From NCBI GenBank assembly GCA_000004985.1, contig GG738857.1: 64,000 bases of DNA. One strand, written 5' to 3'. The notes below the pieces were generated by a model. The model saw only the letters and a list, made by a program, of their open reading frames with translations. It searched no databases and was not told the DNA's origin. Position numbers and translations under genes: made by a program. Every line of letters starts with the position of its first letter. Position 1 is the stretch's first letter. The DNA is from Naegleria gruberi. Its lineage: Eukaryota. Positions 1-11,382 of this stretch are shown in pieces.

Positions 1-711
1 CTTTTCATTAGATAACAAGGAAATAAATGAAAAGATATCAAAACCAAGCAAGAGTTGAAGGCACCTCTTTCTATTCTTTTCTAAAAGGAATTTGTTAATA
101 CCAATCACAAATCTCTCATAGTGATAATTGATATAATATGTGTCAATAACAAATGTTGGATGTTCTGTAAAGAAAACCCTCAAAAAGTATTCCGTATGTT
201 GATCCAAACATTCTGATTTCAACCTAATTGACTTGAAAGAATACAATTCATCTAATTCCTTCTTAACAGCTTGTTTCCAACCTTCCATCTGCAAATAATC
301 AAAGAAATTATAAGCAATTACCAAATCTAATCCTCTACAGATCGAAGTACGTTTCGATCCATATAAACATGGAATAATTATCTTCTCAAAAACAGCCAGT
401 TCATTCGGAATCATCAAACCAATGGTTGTAGATTTTTCCATCACATCAGAAAATTCAAAAGCATTTCTAATCAAATCACCAAACAATTCACTATAATTTT
501 TCAAAGCCTCCTGATGAAGATGATAAGTTTTGATCTGCTCTCCTCCGTTCAATACAAAATTAATCTTCCAAAATTGATCAATTGCATCATCCGAAATATT
601 CAAATCACCATTATTAATAGAAAAGGCTTGTTTTAATAATTCGGCAAACTTTGGATCTGTCTCCTCTTGATAGGGATGTGTAAGATCAGCGAGAGGGAGT
701 GTTTCTGTCAT
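1..711 (-). CDS. Hypothetical protein, 3' end truncated by window edge (ATG at 711-709, frame open to position 1)
   Basis: Manual minus-strand translation from ATG at 711 (MTETLPLADLTHPYQEETDPKFAELLKQAF...) has no stop before the window start. Not in the ORF track because it is incomplete. No family recognised. Confidence 0.45.
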   Translation of the reverse strand, partial: MTETLPLADLTHPYQEETDPKFAELLKQAFSINNGDLNISDDAIDQFWKINFVLNGGEQIKTYHLHQEALKNYSELFGDLIRNAFEFSDVMEKSTTIGLMIPNELAVFEKIIIPCLYGSKRTSICRGLDLVIAYNFFDYLQMEGWKQAVKKELDELYSFKSIRLKSECLDQHTEYFLRVFFTEHPTFVIDTYYINYHYERFVIGINKFLLEKNRKRCLQLLLGFDIFSFISLLSNEK

Positions 712-982
712 GTGTTGTTAATTTTTTTTTTGTAAACTGAACTTGCGATAACTTTTAACTTGTAGAAAAACAGTTTTAGGTTCAGTTCAAGGAAGTGCAA
801 TCGGTAGTGTACCGAATTTTCCCTTGATTTTGAGGATTTTCAGAGACTGTGCAGGAAATTTTACAAATTTTGAATATTTGTAATCAATTTTCACTCGATA
901 CGCTAGGAAAGAAAAGGGAGTAAAAACTTGCCATGATTAAGACGAACTAGATCAAACAAAGGATTACAATAATTTATGAAAA

Positions 983-2743
983 ATGGCGCAACACCTTCCT
1001 GCAGAGATTCTGTTTCATATTTTTACTTCCTTCACATCACCCGATCAGTATTTAAATAATTTAATGCTCGTCTGTCGGGATTGGTATCAAACAACTAATT
1101 ATGAAATGTTTTGGTTGGCCTCTTTAAAGCGTATGATGAAACAACAAATACTTGATTGTGCCAGTGAAACATTAGAAAATTGTATTACTTATGCCTATCC
1201 GGAATATCTTGTTATCAAGAAAAATGATATTCTCAAGGAGAGGCAGCACTATGTGTCCAGTTTGAAAAATAGAGAGAAAATTCTGGTGGTGGACATGAAG
1301 CCATTCACAAAAAGGAAAGAAACTAATGATGACATTTATGGAGATTCATACAAGACGAAATGCATTCAGTTTATAAGGGAGAGAAGAAAGAGATTGATTG
1401 CTTTGGAAATGGCAAAATTGGCCATCACTTTTGAACAACCTTCTTTATTTCAAGACAAATCCGAATGGACGCAAATCATGAAACTTATTGAAAATAATCA
1501 ATTTTTCGATAAGAAGGTGGTTGCAAATTTGGGAATTTTCAATACTTCAACAACAATATTTCACATTTTTATCAAACAAGCACTAATTCATCAAGTTATT
1601 GGAGAGGAAGAGTTTTTTGACACAGTTGCGTCATTCTTTATATGTGATTGTGGACTAAATGTCTCCACATATATTGAACCATTAATTGAGTCTAGGAAAA
1701 TAAGATCTTTCTTGAAAGAGCGGAATAATTCTGAGACATTCTTTGAAAAATATAAGAATGAAGTGAAATCTACTGCTAAGTCAGGAGTACCTGCTTATTT
1801 GTTAAAATTAATAGTTTCAAGAGTATCAATGAATAATGAATCACATATTGAATTTGTAGGAAAATGTGTTGAGCTATTCAAGAGTAAGAAATTGATAAAA
1901 TTTAAGGAGAGTATGGTAGAGCCGTACACTAATATTTATATGAATGCTTTATATCCTAATTGGAAAAATATTGAATTATACCTAAAAGATATGAAACTGA
2001 TGGAGTGTAATGGATTTGATCATTATGAATTCATTGATAGTATTATCAGAAAGGGTGTATTTTTTATGAATGAGGATGAGCATGAGGATTTAATTATAGA
2101 ACTTTTACAACGAGCTCACCAAGAGTTTGGACTCAAATTAGACGTTCCTCTTCCCATGTCTCTCACTGATACTAGAACGACAAAAACCCTCAAATTTCTC
2201 GTAGAGAATGGAGTTGATATTAATTATTTATTGCCCAATGGCACATCTCCACTTGCACAATTCATAAGGCATAAATCAAATATTGATGCCATTTTGTACC
2301 TGATTGAGAGAGGAGCCACTATTCCACCAATTGAGACTGCAACTACGATCAACAAATTAGACAAGCTTTTTGATTACATTTCAGACATTGATGAGTCTAA
2401 ATTCATGTCAACATTGAAAATTCTTGTGGAAAAGTTTGGACCAAGATTTTCAGGAGTTGCAATTGAAAATCTCTCTGTTGTGCATTTAAGTATGGATAAT
2501 TTATTTGCATTGTTACTATTGTTGAAACAAAGTACACATTTCAATGAAGATGAATCCACCTCCCTAGCACTCACAAGGTTTTATTGTAAATGGTACAACT
2601 ATAATGGAATTAATTTTGATAAGAAGGAGGAATTCAGAAATTTTGTGGAAAATGAATTGGGTATTCAATTAATTCAAGCAATTATTGATGAGAGCAATAT
2701 TGGTGGCGAAATTGACGAAGAGGATGAAGAATTTTTGTTATGA
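983..2743 (+). CDS. F-box domain protein (586 aa), possible ankyrin-like repeats toward C-terminus
   Basis: N-terminal F-box-like motif LPAEILFHIFTSF...LMLVCRDWYQ. Long single ORF, ATG at 983, TGA stop. C-terminal LVENGVDINYLLPNGTSPLAQF resembles an ankyrin repeat. Confidence 0.6.
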   Translation: MAQHLPAEILFHIFTSFTSPDQYLNNLMLVCRDWYQTTNYEMFWLASLKRMMKQQILDCASETLENCITYAYPEYLVIKKNDILKERQHYVSSLKNREKILVVDMKPFTKRKETNDDIYGDSYKTKCIQFIRERRKRLIALEMAKLAITFEQPSLFQDKSEWTQIMKLIENNQFFDKKVVANLGIFNTSTTIFHIFIKQALIHQVIGEEEFFDTVASFFICDCGLNVSTYIEPLIESRKIRSFLKERNNSETFFEKYKNEVKSTAKSGVPAYLLKLIVSRVSMNNESHIEFVGKCVELFKSKKLIKFKESMVEPYTNIYMNALYPNWKNIELYLKDMKLMECNGFDHYEFIDSIIRKGVFFMNEDEHEDLIIELLQRAHQEFGLKLDVPLPMSLTDTRTTKTLKFLVENGVDINYLLPNGTSPLAQFIRHKSNIDAILYLIERGATIPPIETATTINKLDKLFDYISDIDESKFMSTLKILVEKFGPRFSGVAIENLSVVHLSMDNLFALLLLLKQSTHFNEDESTSLALTRFYCKWYNYNGINFDKKEEFRNFVENELGIQLIQAIIDESNIGGEIDEEDEEFLL

Positions 2744-3607
2744 GCAAGAGAATGAAGAGAACTTAATTGAAGTGTTGAATAGGTGAGATTGTAATATTTG
2801 GATTGGACAATAACTGTATATTAAGAAACAGTGAAACAGGCGGCAATTACACTGCCACAAATACATTGCTTCCACAACTTTGTTGAAACTCTTTTACATC
2901 ACATATTAGGCCAGCTGTTGATAAAATAAATCATGTCCAGGGGTTACAACGACCCACCATTCTTTCTCAAATATGGAAATTTTGAATGGATTAGGATGGT
3001 GCACACAATCCTCCAAATCATTCAACACTTTCCAAGTTGATAATAAAAAACTAGCAAGGAAGGAAAATCTTGAAAAAAATTGAATTGTTTATCAGTCCAA
3101 TCAATTCATTCAAAATTGAGTACCCATGTTTCATCTACTGTTTAGTTTCAATTCATCAACATTGTTCGAAACATAAGAATGACAAGAATCGCCTGCTCTT
3201 CACATTCATGATTGGAGGATCATTGTAAATGTAGAACACTGTTTGATTCTCAATTAAGAATCACGGCATCATGGGTTGTTAGTCGTTACAAATTTGAAAA
3301 TATTTTTGACCCAGACGAATGTGGACGATAACATTTATGTGTTAGAATCTCACATTTCATTGTGATAGCTTCCCCAACAAGGCGATTTTTTTCAAAAACA
3401 AGACACACCACTAAAGAGTGCTCATAATACCATTGTCGAATAATAAATTGCAATCCGAAACTCTCAAAATCTTCTCCGCACACATCCATCTGGAAAATTC
3501 AACACAAAAAATTGAACACACAACACAATATCCAATATCTACTAATATTTCATTCAACTCCACCTTCAAAACTATTCGAAACACAAACAAGAACAAACAA
3601 TAACAAT

Positions 3608-4756
3608 ATGGGCAATCATCATAGCACCAGAAATAACCCGCCAAATTTTCATTCTTCGAAGAATCCAAAAAAACAAAACAACAAACAGCAGCGACACTCT
3701 ACCGGCGATTGTAGTGCAACAATAACAACAAATTCTTGCAAGAATGTAAAAGTTCAAGCAACATCATTATCGGCTGCTTCTGTTGGACAACATCATCCAC
3801 TGGTGAAACCTTTGGCTTTGAATTTACTTCAACAACAACAACAACAAAATGTTGGTTCGGGAGATTGTAAGCAGTCGAGTAGTTGGCAATATCAGCACTT
3901 GATGAGGGAAGATTCGAGAAGATCGACCGTAACAGAGAATGAAGGAAGTTTTTCTCTTGGTAATAATGGTCGTCAATTGTTGGTCGATTTTCATGCTAGT
4001 GCCAAGACTCCACGTCACGTAAGAACTATTATTGATGATGAAGAGGATGATAACATTGAAGAATCGTTTGTAATGATGAGATCTGGAATGATTTATTCAC
4101 ATGATGCTGATAATGGAGAACAATGTGAGAATCCGCAGGCTTCTCCTTCCTCAGTAAGAACTGCCAACATACCAATTCATTCACACATCCACACACAATT
4201 ACCGACCTCTCCTGTTTCACCTCATTCTGATAAGAAAGCTTCCTCCATGCCAAACCTTGGTGTTAATTCTCCATCTCCTAAGAAAAAGCAAGCTCTCAAA
4301 TTGCTTGCCAAAATCAAGAACAAATTCCATCACACCAATAGTGAACGAACAAGTCCTACTGCCTTACAACCTTCCTTGTCAGACAGTGCTCTTTCTTCTC
4401 GTTCTGCTGCCTCTTGTAATAACATTCAACAACAATTATCGAGTTCTTCCCTTTTAAAGATTGATTCCCATCGTTCTATACAATCCTATGCTACAACTAA
4501 TTCCAACAATAATTCATCTGCCACCTTGGTTACTAATGGTCAACCAAACCATAAACCATTGAAAATGAACGAAGATGGTGAGTATGTTGATGAAGATACA
4601 TACTCTAATAGTAGCAGTGAGAGCTTGGACGTCTCTGATAGCGAGCATGGAGACGACGAGGATTACATTGAACAATTTATTCAAGGTACTATGGTACAAA
4701 CCATTGATGATTCCATTTCCTACCTTAAAAATTCAATGAGAAATCAATTGGCTTAA
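3608..4756 (+). CDS. Low-complexity Ser/Asn/Gln-rich protein with acidic C-terminus; N-terminal MGNHHS (possible N-myristoylation)
   Basis: The track ORF 3512-4756 starts on TTG. The first in-frame ATG is 3608 (MGNHHSTRNN...), preceded by an A/C-rich leader. TAA stop at 4754-4756. Function unknown. Confidence 0.4.
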   Translation: MGNHHSTRNNPPNFHSSKNPKKQNNKQQRHSTGDCSATITTNSCKNVKVQATSLSAASVGQHHPLVKPLALNLLQQQQQQNVGSGDCKQSSSWQYQHLMREDSRRSTVTENEGSFSLGNNGRQLLVDFHASAKTPRHVRTIIDDEEDDNIEESFVMMRSGMIYSHDADNGEQCENPQASPSSVRTANIPIHSHIHTQLPTSPVSPHSDKKASSMPNLGVNSPSPKKKQALKLLAKIKNKFHHTNSERTSPTALQPSLSDSALSSRSAASCNNIQQQLSSSSLLKIDSHRSIQSYATTNSNNNSSATLVTNGQPNHKPLKMNEDGEYVDEDTYSNSSSESLDVSDSEHGDDEDYIEQFIQGTMVQTIDDSISYLKNSMRNQLA

Positions 4757-5045
4757 TTTTTTGACTAATTTCCCTAACGTTATAGTTTATCGAGCTAAGC
4801 TGGCGTGAGTAGTGTCAGCGATTTTGAATAAAAACACAATAAAGAGTTATAATTCCATTCTACATCACAACTATTTCAACTGAAGGCTTCTTAACTGCTT
4901 AAGCATGTGATTTACATGATTTAGATCATTAAATCTTGTAATGGACATTATTAAAGTCTGGAAAACTTTCCTTTTATTTTTTTGGGAAAGGTATTGAGGA
5001 ACGAGGATCATTAAAGCCATTCAAAATCTGAAGATTATTAAATTC

Positions 5046-6212
5046 TTAGTAATACGTTCTTGATTCCTCTCTGACGAGTTTAACAATCCTTCCATCCTCC
5101 TCAATGTTGAACATAACATTTACAATATCGTATGAACCTCCTCCAGCATTGTAATAGAGTGGAAAGACATAGTGATCCAAATGTTTCATTTCAGCACTGT
5201 GGTCATCTAGTAATTGCAGTTTGTTCTTGATTGTTTCGATATCTGACAGAGACAACCACCGCAAGTCTACAATCTCAATGTTTGGACATAATTGAATATT
5301 TGATGAGAGTCCATCTCTTCTAATGCTTTCCATGAGAAGAGATGGTGTTACTTGAGATGGAACAGGATGAGGACTCGACTTGACATAAATCACATCAGAT
5401 AGCTTTATCTTGAGTAAGATATCATTCTTGAACCACCTTTCCAAAATTTCATCTCCATTCTCTTGTAATGTACACAACAGAACAGCTGCAATTGATTCTT
5501 CCAAGGTGAAATTATCCAAGCATAGTTCATCAAACGTGTCCGAAGAAGGTATCACTCGTATTATATCATTGTACAAGTTTGGAACGTAATCACCAACAGA
5601 CAATAATTCATAGACAAGGCAAGTAACATAAATTCCTGTCAATTTCTTCCTCACTGTTTCACTATCGTTGTACTTTTCAATAATTTCACTTCTCAAATCG
5701 AATGGAAATTCATAAAACGAGACACTGTGAGGTAATCTCACATCACCAATTTCCATTGAGATTGGATCTGAATCAAATGGAGAATTCCAATCCTTAACCA
5801 AATCAACATTTCCATAATTCTCTCTAGAAAGACTCTTAATTGAAAATTCCTCCTCATTAATTTCTTTAATTCCAGTCTTTATCTTTTTAGGAAGTTTTGC
5901 AAATTGTAATTGGAGAATTCTGAGCCAATCCACTTCTTCCCTCTGTTCTCCCACTCGTAAATATTCATCACTATTGGTACTACTATTATTACTAAACTCT
6001 AGCTCGGTGATAATTGTATTCATCCCGAATATTTGATCAATTTTTAAAAAATCAATCAAGGCTTGTTTGAACAAAAATTGCATAGATTGAATGGCACGGA
6101 ACCAATCGGAACAAACTCTGAGTGATCTTAATTGTTCATCCAGTGGAAGATAACCCATGATCACTGTGATGATATCACCACAGAGTATGTGAGAGGAATT
6201 GCTTTGCTTCAT
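5046..6212 (-). CDS. F-box-like protein (388 aa)
   Basis: N-terminal ILCGDIITVIMGYLPLDEQLRSLRVCSDWFRAI matches the F-box consensus. ATG at 6212-6210, TAA stop. Confidence 0.5.
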   Translation of the reverse strand: MKQSNSSHILCGDIITVIMGYLPLDEQLRSLRVCSDWFRAIQSMQFLFKQALIDFLKIDQIFGMNTIITELEFSNNSSTNSDEYLRVGEQREEVDWLRILQLQFAKLPKKIKTGIKEINEEEFSIKSLSRENYGNVDLVKDWNSPFDSDPISMEIGDVRLPHSVSFYEFPFDLRSEIIEKYNDSETVRKKLTGIYVTCLVYELLSVGDYVPNLYNDIIRVIPSSDTFDELCLDNFTLEESIAAVLLCTLQENGDEILERWFKNDILLKIKLSDVIYVKSSPHPVPSQVTPSLLMESIRRDGLSSNIQLCPNIEIVDLRWLSLSDIETIKNKLQLLDDHSAEMKHLDHYVFPLYYNAGGGSYDIVNVMFNIEEDGRIVKLVREESRTYY

Positions 6213-6278
6213 TTTTTTTGAACTTGTTTTGTAAACAGAATTGACAACTTGCTGAAATAGATTGGTATTGAGAATTGT

Positions 6279-8534
6279 TTATTCAAGATGAGCAATGGAA
6301 TCTGAAATAATCTTTCTTGTCTTTTCCAATTCTTCATCACTCACCTTACAGTTAGTCAACTTGGATCTCTGCAAGAGAATATTTACCAACTTGTTACTCT
6401 CTTTATCATATTCGAACAAGTAAAAATACTTGTTAAAATCTAGCAATGTAATCTGGTGGCAGATATATGGAATGTTTGCTTCCTTAGAGTAGGGTGAGTT
6501 AATCTGACTTGCCAAATATCTCAATAACTGCTGCTTTGGATTGTTCAGTCTTTCTTCGCTAATTGGAACACCATTTCTTTCATCTTCATCTTGATAAATG
6601 GCATCCAACATTGATACATAGTACTCATAAATTGTTCCTTCCTTTCTTCCATAGCAAACTTGTAATGGAATTATATTTTCACTTGGAGGGGTGTATTCTG
6701 GCAATGTAGCATCTCCCTCATCATTCCACATATGTCCAATAGATATTTCATTTGTTTGGGTCTTCAGTCTTTGCCAAACTTCAAAATCATCAAATGGATA
6801 TGCAAAGCACTTTAAAAACTTGTCCTTCAAATCACAAACAAATCCATTGGCCTGCAAATGGAAGTAATTCACACGATCAATCTTTTTCAATTCCTCTCTG
6901 TTCAGATAGAGAACATTTACAAAGGACTGTCTCTCTGAGTCAACACATGAAATGCTCTCCACAAAAATCTTCTTGTACTTTTCCAAAATTTCCAACTTTT
7001 CTGCATAGCTCACATTCTCGTCTCTGTACAAGTGAGCCTTCAATTCTGGATAAAATTCACTAATTTCACTCTTGGAATATAATTCACAACCATATAACAC
7101 TAGGGCAAGTGTTTGACCCAATCTGAAAGCCATAAATTTTAAATCATCTGGATGCAGTTTGCTGGTGAGCTTTGTAAAGTCCATCTCAGCCAAGGATAAT
7201 CGCTTCAATTTGAATGAAGGAACATTGAGTGCCTTGATGCAAAAGCTTCTCACCTCCTTACATCTTCTTACCTTACCAATTAAATTGACAAGTGTCATGC
7301 AAACCTTTAGTGGAACCAATCTTCTGACACGTCCTCTGATTTGACATGGATACTTTTGTTCATGGAGAGGATAAGTTGTGAAAAGAGCATTATTGGCCTC
7401 ATCAACCAATCCCTTAAACACATCAACCAAATATCCCTTATCAGTGTCACTTTTCAATTCGCTATAATCTTCTGATCGAATCAAAACTAAATTTCTATCC
7501 TCAGTTCCAGATGCTCTAATAAACAAATTACAATCATTTTCAGGAGGTAACTTATCCTTGAAAATATAAATGATGTCAACATCAGAGGAATCCTTTGAGC
7601 CATGATGGTAAAATGGCACCTCAACAGCTGTTGGTTGAGCAGAAGAGTTGATAACTTCCTGAGCTGTACTTGTTCCTTCAAACTTGGTAAGAAAATCATT
7701 CAATGAAAATTCCAAATTCCAGCTCTTCTTCCAATCCTTCCATCCCTTCATGACAGAGAAGGTTCTATCTGTATTTCTTGAACTCTCAACTAGTTTGTTC
7801 CATTCCCCAGTCTTGAATAAATCCTGATTGTCAGTTGTCTTGATAATTATAATTTCCTGATTCTTATCTGTAGCATTCAATTCTGAAACAAGTGGATAAC
7901 CCAAAATCAGCAAGTCAGCACAATTCAGAACTGAACTCGTCTCATTGGTTAAATCTTCCTCCAGAAACATAATCTTATTCAACCAATTCTTCTTATGACC
8001 CAATAATTTACAAACCCAATTTATCTTTGTGGTCATTATTCTAATACATTCATCCCTATCAATACTGAGCGAGTACTTTCCATCATCATTTCCACTAACC
8101 TCATCATTAAAGAATGAAATCTGTGGAATTCTCTTAAAATACACTGAACTATTCACAGGATTCAAAGTTGTGAATAATTTAAAATCAATGGTCTTGTACT
8201 TTTCCTCATACTGATAAACTTCCAACAAAATCCCCTTTGTGTTATCCACTGTCAAATCCTCCTTCGAAAAGAAGTCCCGATCCATCAAAATTTGACTCAA
8301 TTTATACTGATCACCCTTTTCCAAATGAAAACCAGCAGGCTTCCTCATCATTTCAAGTGGTGATGGAATTTTCTTTCCGAATTTTTCGCAATATCTTTCA
8401 TAAAGCACCTGATCCAGCCTATATAAACAATTATCCATGTTGATAAATATTTTTCTTCTTTTTGTATTCTTTGTTGTGGAGCCTGATGAGCTGCACGAGT
8501 GGGTGTGATTGCTGTCAGAGGCCATGTTGAGCAT
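6279..8534 (-). CDS. Large hypothetical protein (about 751 aa from first in-frame ATG); contains a GS...DxD motif suggestive of a nucleotidyltransferase fold
   Basis: The track ORF 6279-8732 starts on TTG. The first in-frame ATG is 8534 (MLNMASDSNHTH...), with a poly-A leader just upstream on the coding strand. Motif FYHHGSKDSSDVDIIYIF. No confident family call. Confidence 0.5.
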   Translation of the reverse strand: MLNMASDSNHTHSCSSSGSTTKNTKRRKIFINMDNCLYRLDQVLYERYCEKFGKKIPSPLEMMRKPAGFHLEKGDQYKLSQILMDRDFFSKEDLTVDNTKGILLEVYQYEEKYKTIDFKLFTTLNPVNSSVYFKRIPQISFFNDEVSGNDDGKYSLSIDRDECIRIMTTKINWVCKLLGHKKNWLNKIMFLEEDLTNETSSVLNCADLLILGYPLVSELNATDKNQEIIIIKTTDNQDLFKTGEWNKLVESSRNTDRTFSVMKGWKDWKKSWNLEFSLNDFLTKFEGTSTAQEVINSSAQPTAVEVPFYHHGSKDSSDVDIIYIFKDKLPPENDCNLFIRASGTEDRNLVLIRSEDYSELKSDTDKGYLVDVFKGLVDEANNALFTTYPLHEQKYPCQIRGRVRRLVPLKVCMTLVNLIGKVRRCKEVRSFCIKALNVPSFKLKRLSLAEMDFTKLTSKLHPDDLKFMAFRLGQTLALVLYGCELYSKSEISEFYPELKAHLYRDENVSYAEKLEILEKYKKIFVESISCVDSERQSFVNVLYLNREELKKIDRVNYFHLQANGFVCDLKDKFLKCFAYPFDDFEVWQRLKTQTNEISIGHMWNDEGDATLPEYTPPSENIIPLQVCYGRKEGTIYEYYVSMLDAIYQDEDERNGVPISEERLNNPKQQLLRYLASQINSPYSKEANIPYICHQITLLDFNKYFYLFEYDKESNKLVNILLQRSKLTNCKVSDEELEKTRKIISDSIAHLE

Positions 8535-8760
8535 TTTTTTTTGTAAGGAAATGGTAAAGTTGACAAACGAATGTAATAGATTCGAACTTAACGAGAGATT
8601 GGAAATTGCACTTGATAAAGATAGTTTCAATTGATAATAGCATATCACTAATATAATGAGTGCAACATCAAATAAAAAATGAACTACTGTGGGGAAAAAG
8701 CAAATAATTTGGCGCCAAAAACAATCGACCAAAAATTGGAATTTTTCAAAAACAAAAAAA

Positions 8761-10464
8761 ATGCTTAAAAGGTAGGTTCATAATGTTCGGAACCAACAAG
8801 AACACATTTGTTTTAGAAAATCATGTTTTGACTTTACAGGCGTTTCTGATATTTCCAATTTATTGCCACATTATGTGGTTGCGATCGATAATTTTGAACA
8901 GAGTAAATTGCTTTCATCATCACCAAAACAAAAAGAAAATCACATGAACAATCAATTGCAGCAACATCAATTTAAATATTATCAATATTACTTTTTGAGC
9001 CATTGTCATAGTGATCACTTTAAAGGGCTTGATGATAGATTCTTTCAGAATGCATCGGCAAGTGATGAGACATGCATTGTTTGTCATCCGATAACTAGAA
9101 ATTTGCTTCTTGCACTTTATCCAAAATTAGATAAGGATAGAATATTGGCTATCGATTTATTGCAACCTACTTTATTGACTGTGAGAGGTGCATCTTCTAA
9201 GGAACCAAAACATTTCATGTGCACATTATTAAGCTCTAATCATTGCCCTGGTTCCTGTATGTTTCTATTTGAAATTGCCAAGCCAGGTTCTCCAAATGAA
9301 GTGGAAAGTATATTGTATTGTGGTGACTTTAGGGATCCACCATCAGACACTATACAATATTTGAAATCAAAGAAAATTTCAAAGGTTTATATTGATGACA
9401 CTTTTTGTGACCCTTCTAATTTCCTTAATTTACCAAAGCGATCTGATAGTATCAAGGAGCTTATCAAATTAATAGAAAAGGAAAGAGCAAAACAAAGAGC
9501 TGTTTATATTGCACTTGATTTATTGGGAACGGAAAGAGTTTTATTCGAATTAGTAAGCCATTTCAAGACTAAATTATTTTGTGATTATGAGAATTTGAAT
9601 CCTAAAAGAAGAAAGGAAATTGATTGTATGAAATCACTCAAAGAAAATATTTTCACACGAGATAAGGAGAAAACTTTCATTAGAGTTGTTTCCAAAACCA
9701 CCATCAAATCACTAGCTGAATTACTGAAAAAGGAAGATGACTGCCCACTTTTGATATGTATCTCTACAATGTTTCTCAAATATTTGAATAAGGATACTCG
9801 TGGAATGTCCTCTAGTTTTGATAGAGGATCTAGCACTTATTTCCAGGATGGTATTTTTAAAATATTGTATTCATTCCATTCATCTCACAAGGAAATTCTC
9901 AAATTCTTAGAACAAGTATTTGGATCGAATGTGAAGGAGTATCCTTCCATCATTTCTCTCAATCCTCACCAAACATCCTCTAAAAACAATAAGAATCTTC
10001 TCGATGACATTCGTAAAGGAACCTCTTCCACTAAGGTTGAAGATGATTCCAAAGATTATGGATTCTTTTCAGACACTGAAACCCTTTTCAAGGAGGAACA
10101 TGTTGTCATTAAGGACAACTTTCTTGAGACCCTCATTGAAAAGAGGAGAAGCAGTTCACAGAGAGATGACGAAGAATTATTCTCTTCTCTTGAAACAGAA
10201 CCATACACAGCCATACCAGAGGAAGATCTGGATGCAGAAAAACTCTTCGAAGAATTCAACTCTCAACAGGACGAGCTCGTCACACCAACCACTTCTCATC
10301 CAATAACCTTCTCGCTGATGAGTCCCTTCACTCCTCAGCCACCATCATCACAAAAGAAGAGACTCAACTCATCATCAAACGATGAGTCTTTCAACATGTT
10401 AAATCTCAGTGAAGATGACAATACACCAAAACAATCGGAAAAGAAGAAGAAAAAATTGGAGTGA
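8761..10464 (+). CDS. DNA cross-link repair nuclease, SNM1/PSO2/Artemis family (metallo-beta-lactamase plus beta-CASP); join(8761..8771,8817..10464)
   Basis: YFLSHCHSDHFKGL is the MBL HxHxDH motif characteristic of SNM1. The track ORF begins on TTG at 8863. Proposed 11-nt first exon ATGCTTAAAAG, then a 45-nt GTAGGT...TTTTAG intron (8772-8816), giving a phase-consistent join (MLKRKSCFDFTGVSDISNLLPHYVVAIDNF...). TGA stop. Confidence 0.65.
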
Positions 10465-10550
10465 GCCAAGAAACGATTTTTAGGTCTTGACCGCCAAATT
10501 TTGGAAAGATAACCGTTGCAGGTATGATTGAAAATTTTGAAATTCAAAAA

Positions 10551-11265
10551 ATGGCTTCAAAACTTGCCCTTCTTGAAACACTTCTTATTGAACACATTCC
10601 AGAGGAAAAACTTCTTTCACTTGCCAGCAAATTGGACAAACAGGCCACCACGGTCATGACAAAGGAGCAATGTTGTAAATTATTATTGGCAGGTTGAGTG
10701 TAAAAAAGAAGGAAGCTATTGTTGTTCCGAAGCCAGTGCCAGAACCACAACAGGATGACACAGAAGATGAGGGTTATGAATCTAGAAAGTATCCCATTGT
10801 GAGAGTGATGCCTCCAGAAGTGCACATTAGGTTATCAAGACTTCATGGGTAAGTAATTTATACTTGGAATACAATTTGATGATAATTAACTTCTCAGTAT
10901 GAAATTAATCAAGAGACAACAGATAAGTACATGGTAAATATTGGTACAACCCCTAGCTGTAACTGTCCAGTTTTCACCCATTCATCATTGATTCATATCA
11001 ACATGTTAAAAAGCTCTTTGTCTATCTTAATGTACTGAACATTCCAAAAACCTCCTACATTATCTATCAAGAAGCTCTCTTAAAAAGAGAATGGAAGGGC
11101 ATATTCATGGAAAAATACCTTCCAATGAAGGTGGTGAAATGGATGATGAGTCTGGAGAGTTTGTTTCATACGATCCTGTTGATAACTATCAGGAGGAGTT
11201 AATGAGAGGAAAGAGAAAGAATTATGGAAGATCTGGTTTTTCCTCTTCTAAGAAAAGAAGATAGA
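10551..11265 (+). other. Region with coding potential: possible small multi-exon gene (SWIM-like CNCP motif segment), structure unresolved
   Basis: Plus-strand open segments (MASKLALLETLLIEH...; ...VVPKPVPEPQQDDTEDEGYESRKYPIVRVMPPEVHIRLSRLHG followed by GTAAGT; ...TPSCNCPVFTHSSLIHINML...; MEGHIHGKIPSNEGGEMDDESGEF...). I could not find a phase-consistent join. Confidence 0.2.
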
Positions 11266-11382
11266 GAAATTGAGGCAAACTTTTGAGAGAAGATTTCAAA
11301 AAACCATATTTGTTCTATTATTGGTCAATTTTCATCAACTTTCAGACTAATCCAGTTACACCATCGAATAGTCAAGAAAAAA

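Noticed and set aside
2374-2574. Many short (60-130 aa) ORFs lying antisense to or inside long genes (e.g. 2374-2574, 3286-3757 cluster, 6752-7063, 9585-9836, 17041-17859, 41433-42038, 44624-44959, 55176-56315)
   Set aside because: They are embedded in much longer, motif-supported ORFs on the opposite strand or in another frame, have no recognisable domains, and are expected at this frequency in AT-rich sequence.
4780-4830. GC-richer stretch gagctaagctggcgtgagtagtgtcagcg downstream of the 3608-4756 gene, considered as a possible small RNA
   Set aside because: No cloverleaf or conserved snRNA motif could be folded by eye. It is more likely 3' UTR sequence.
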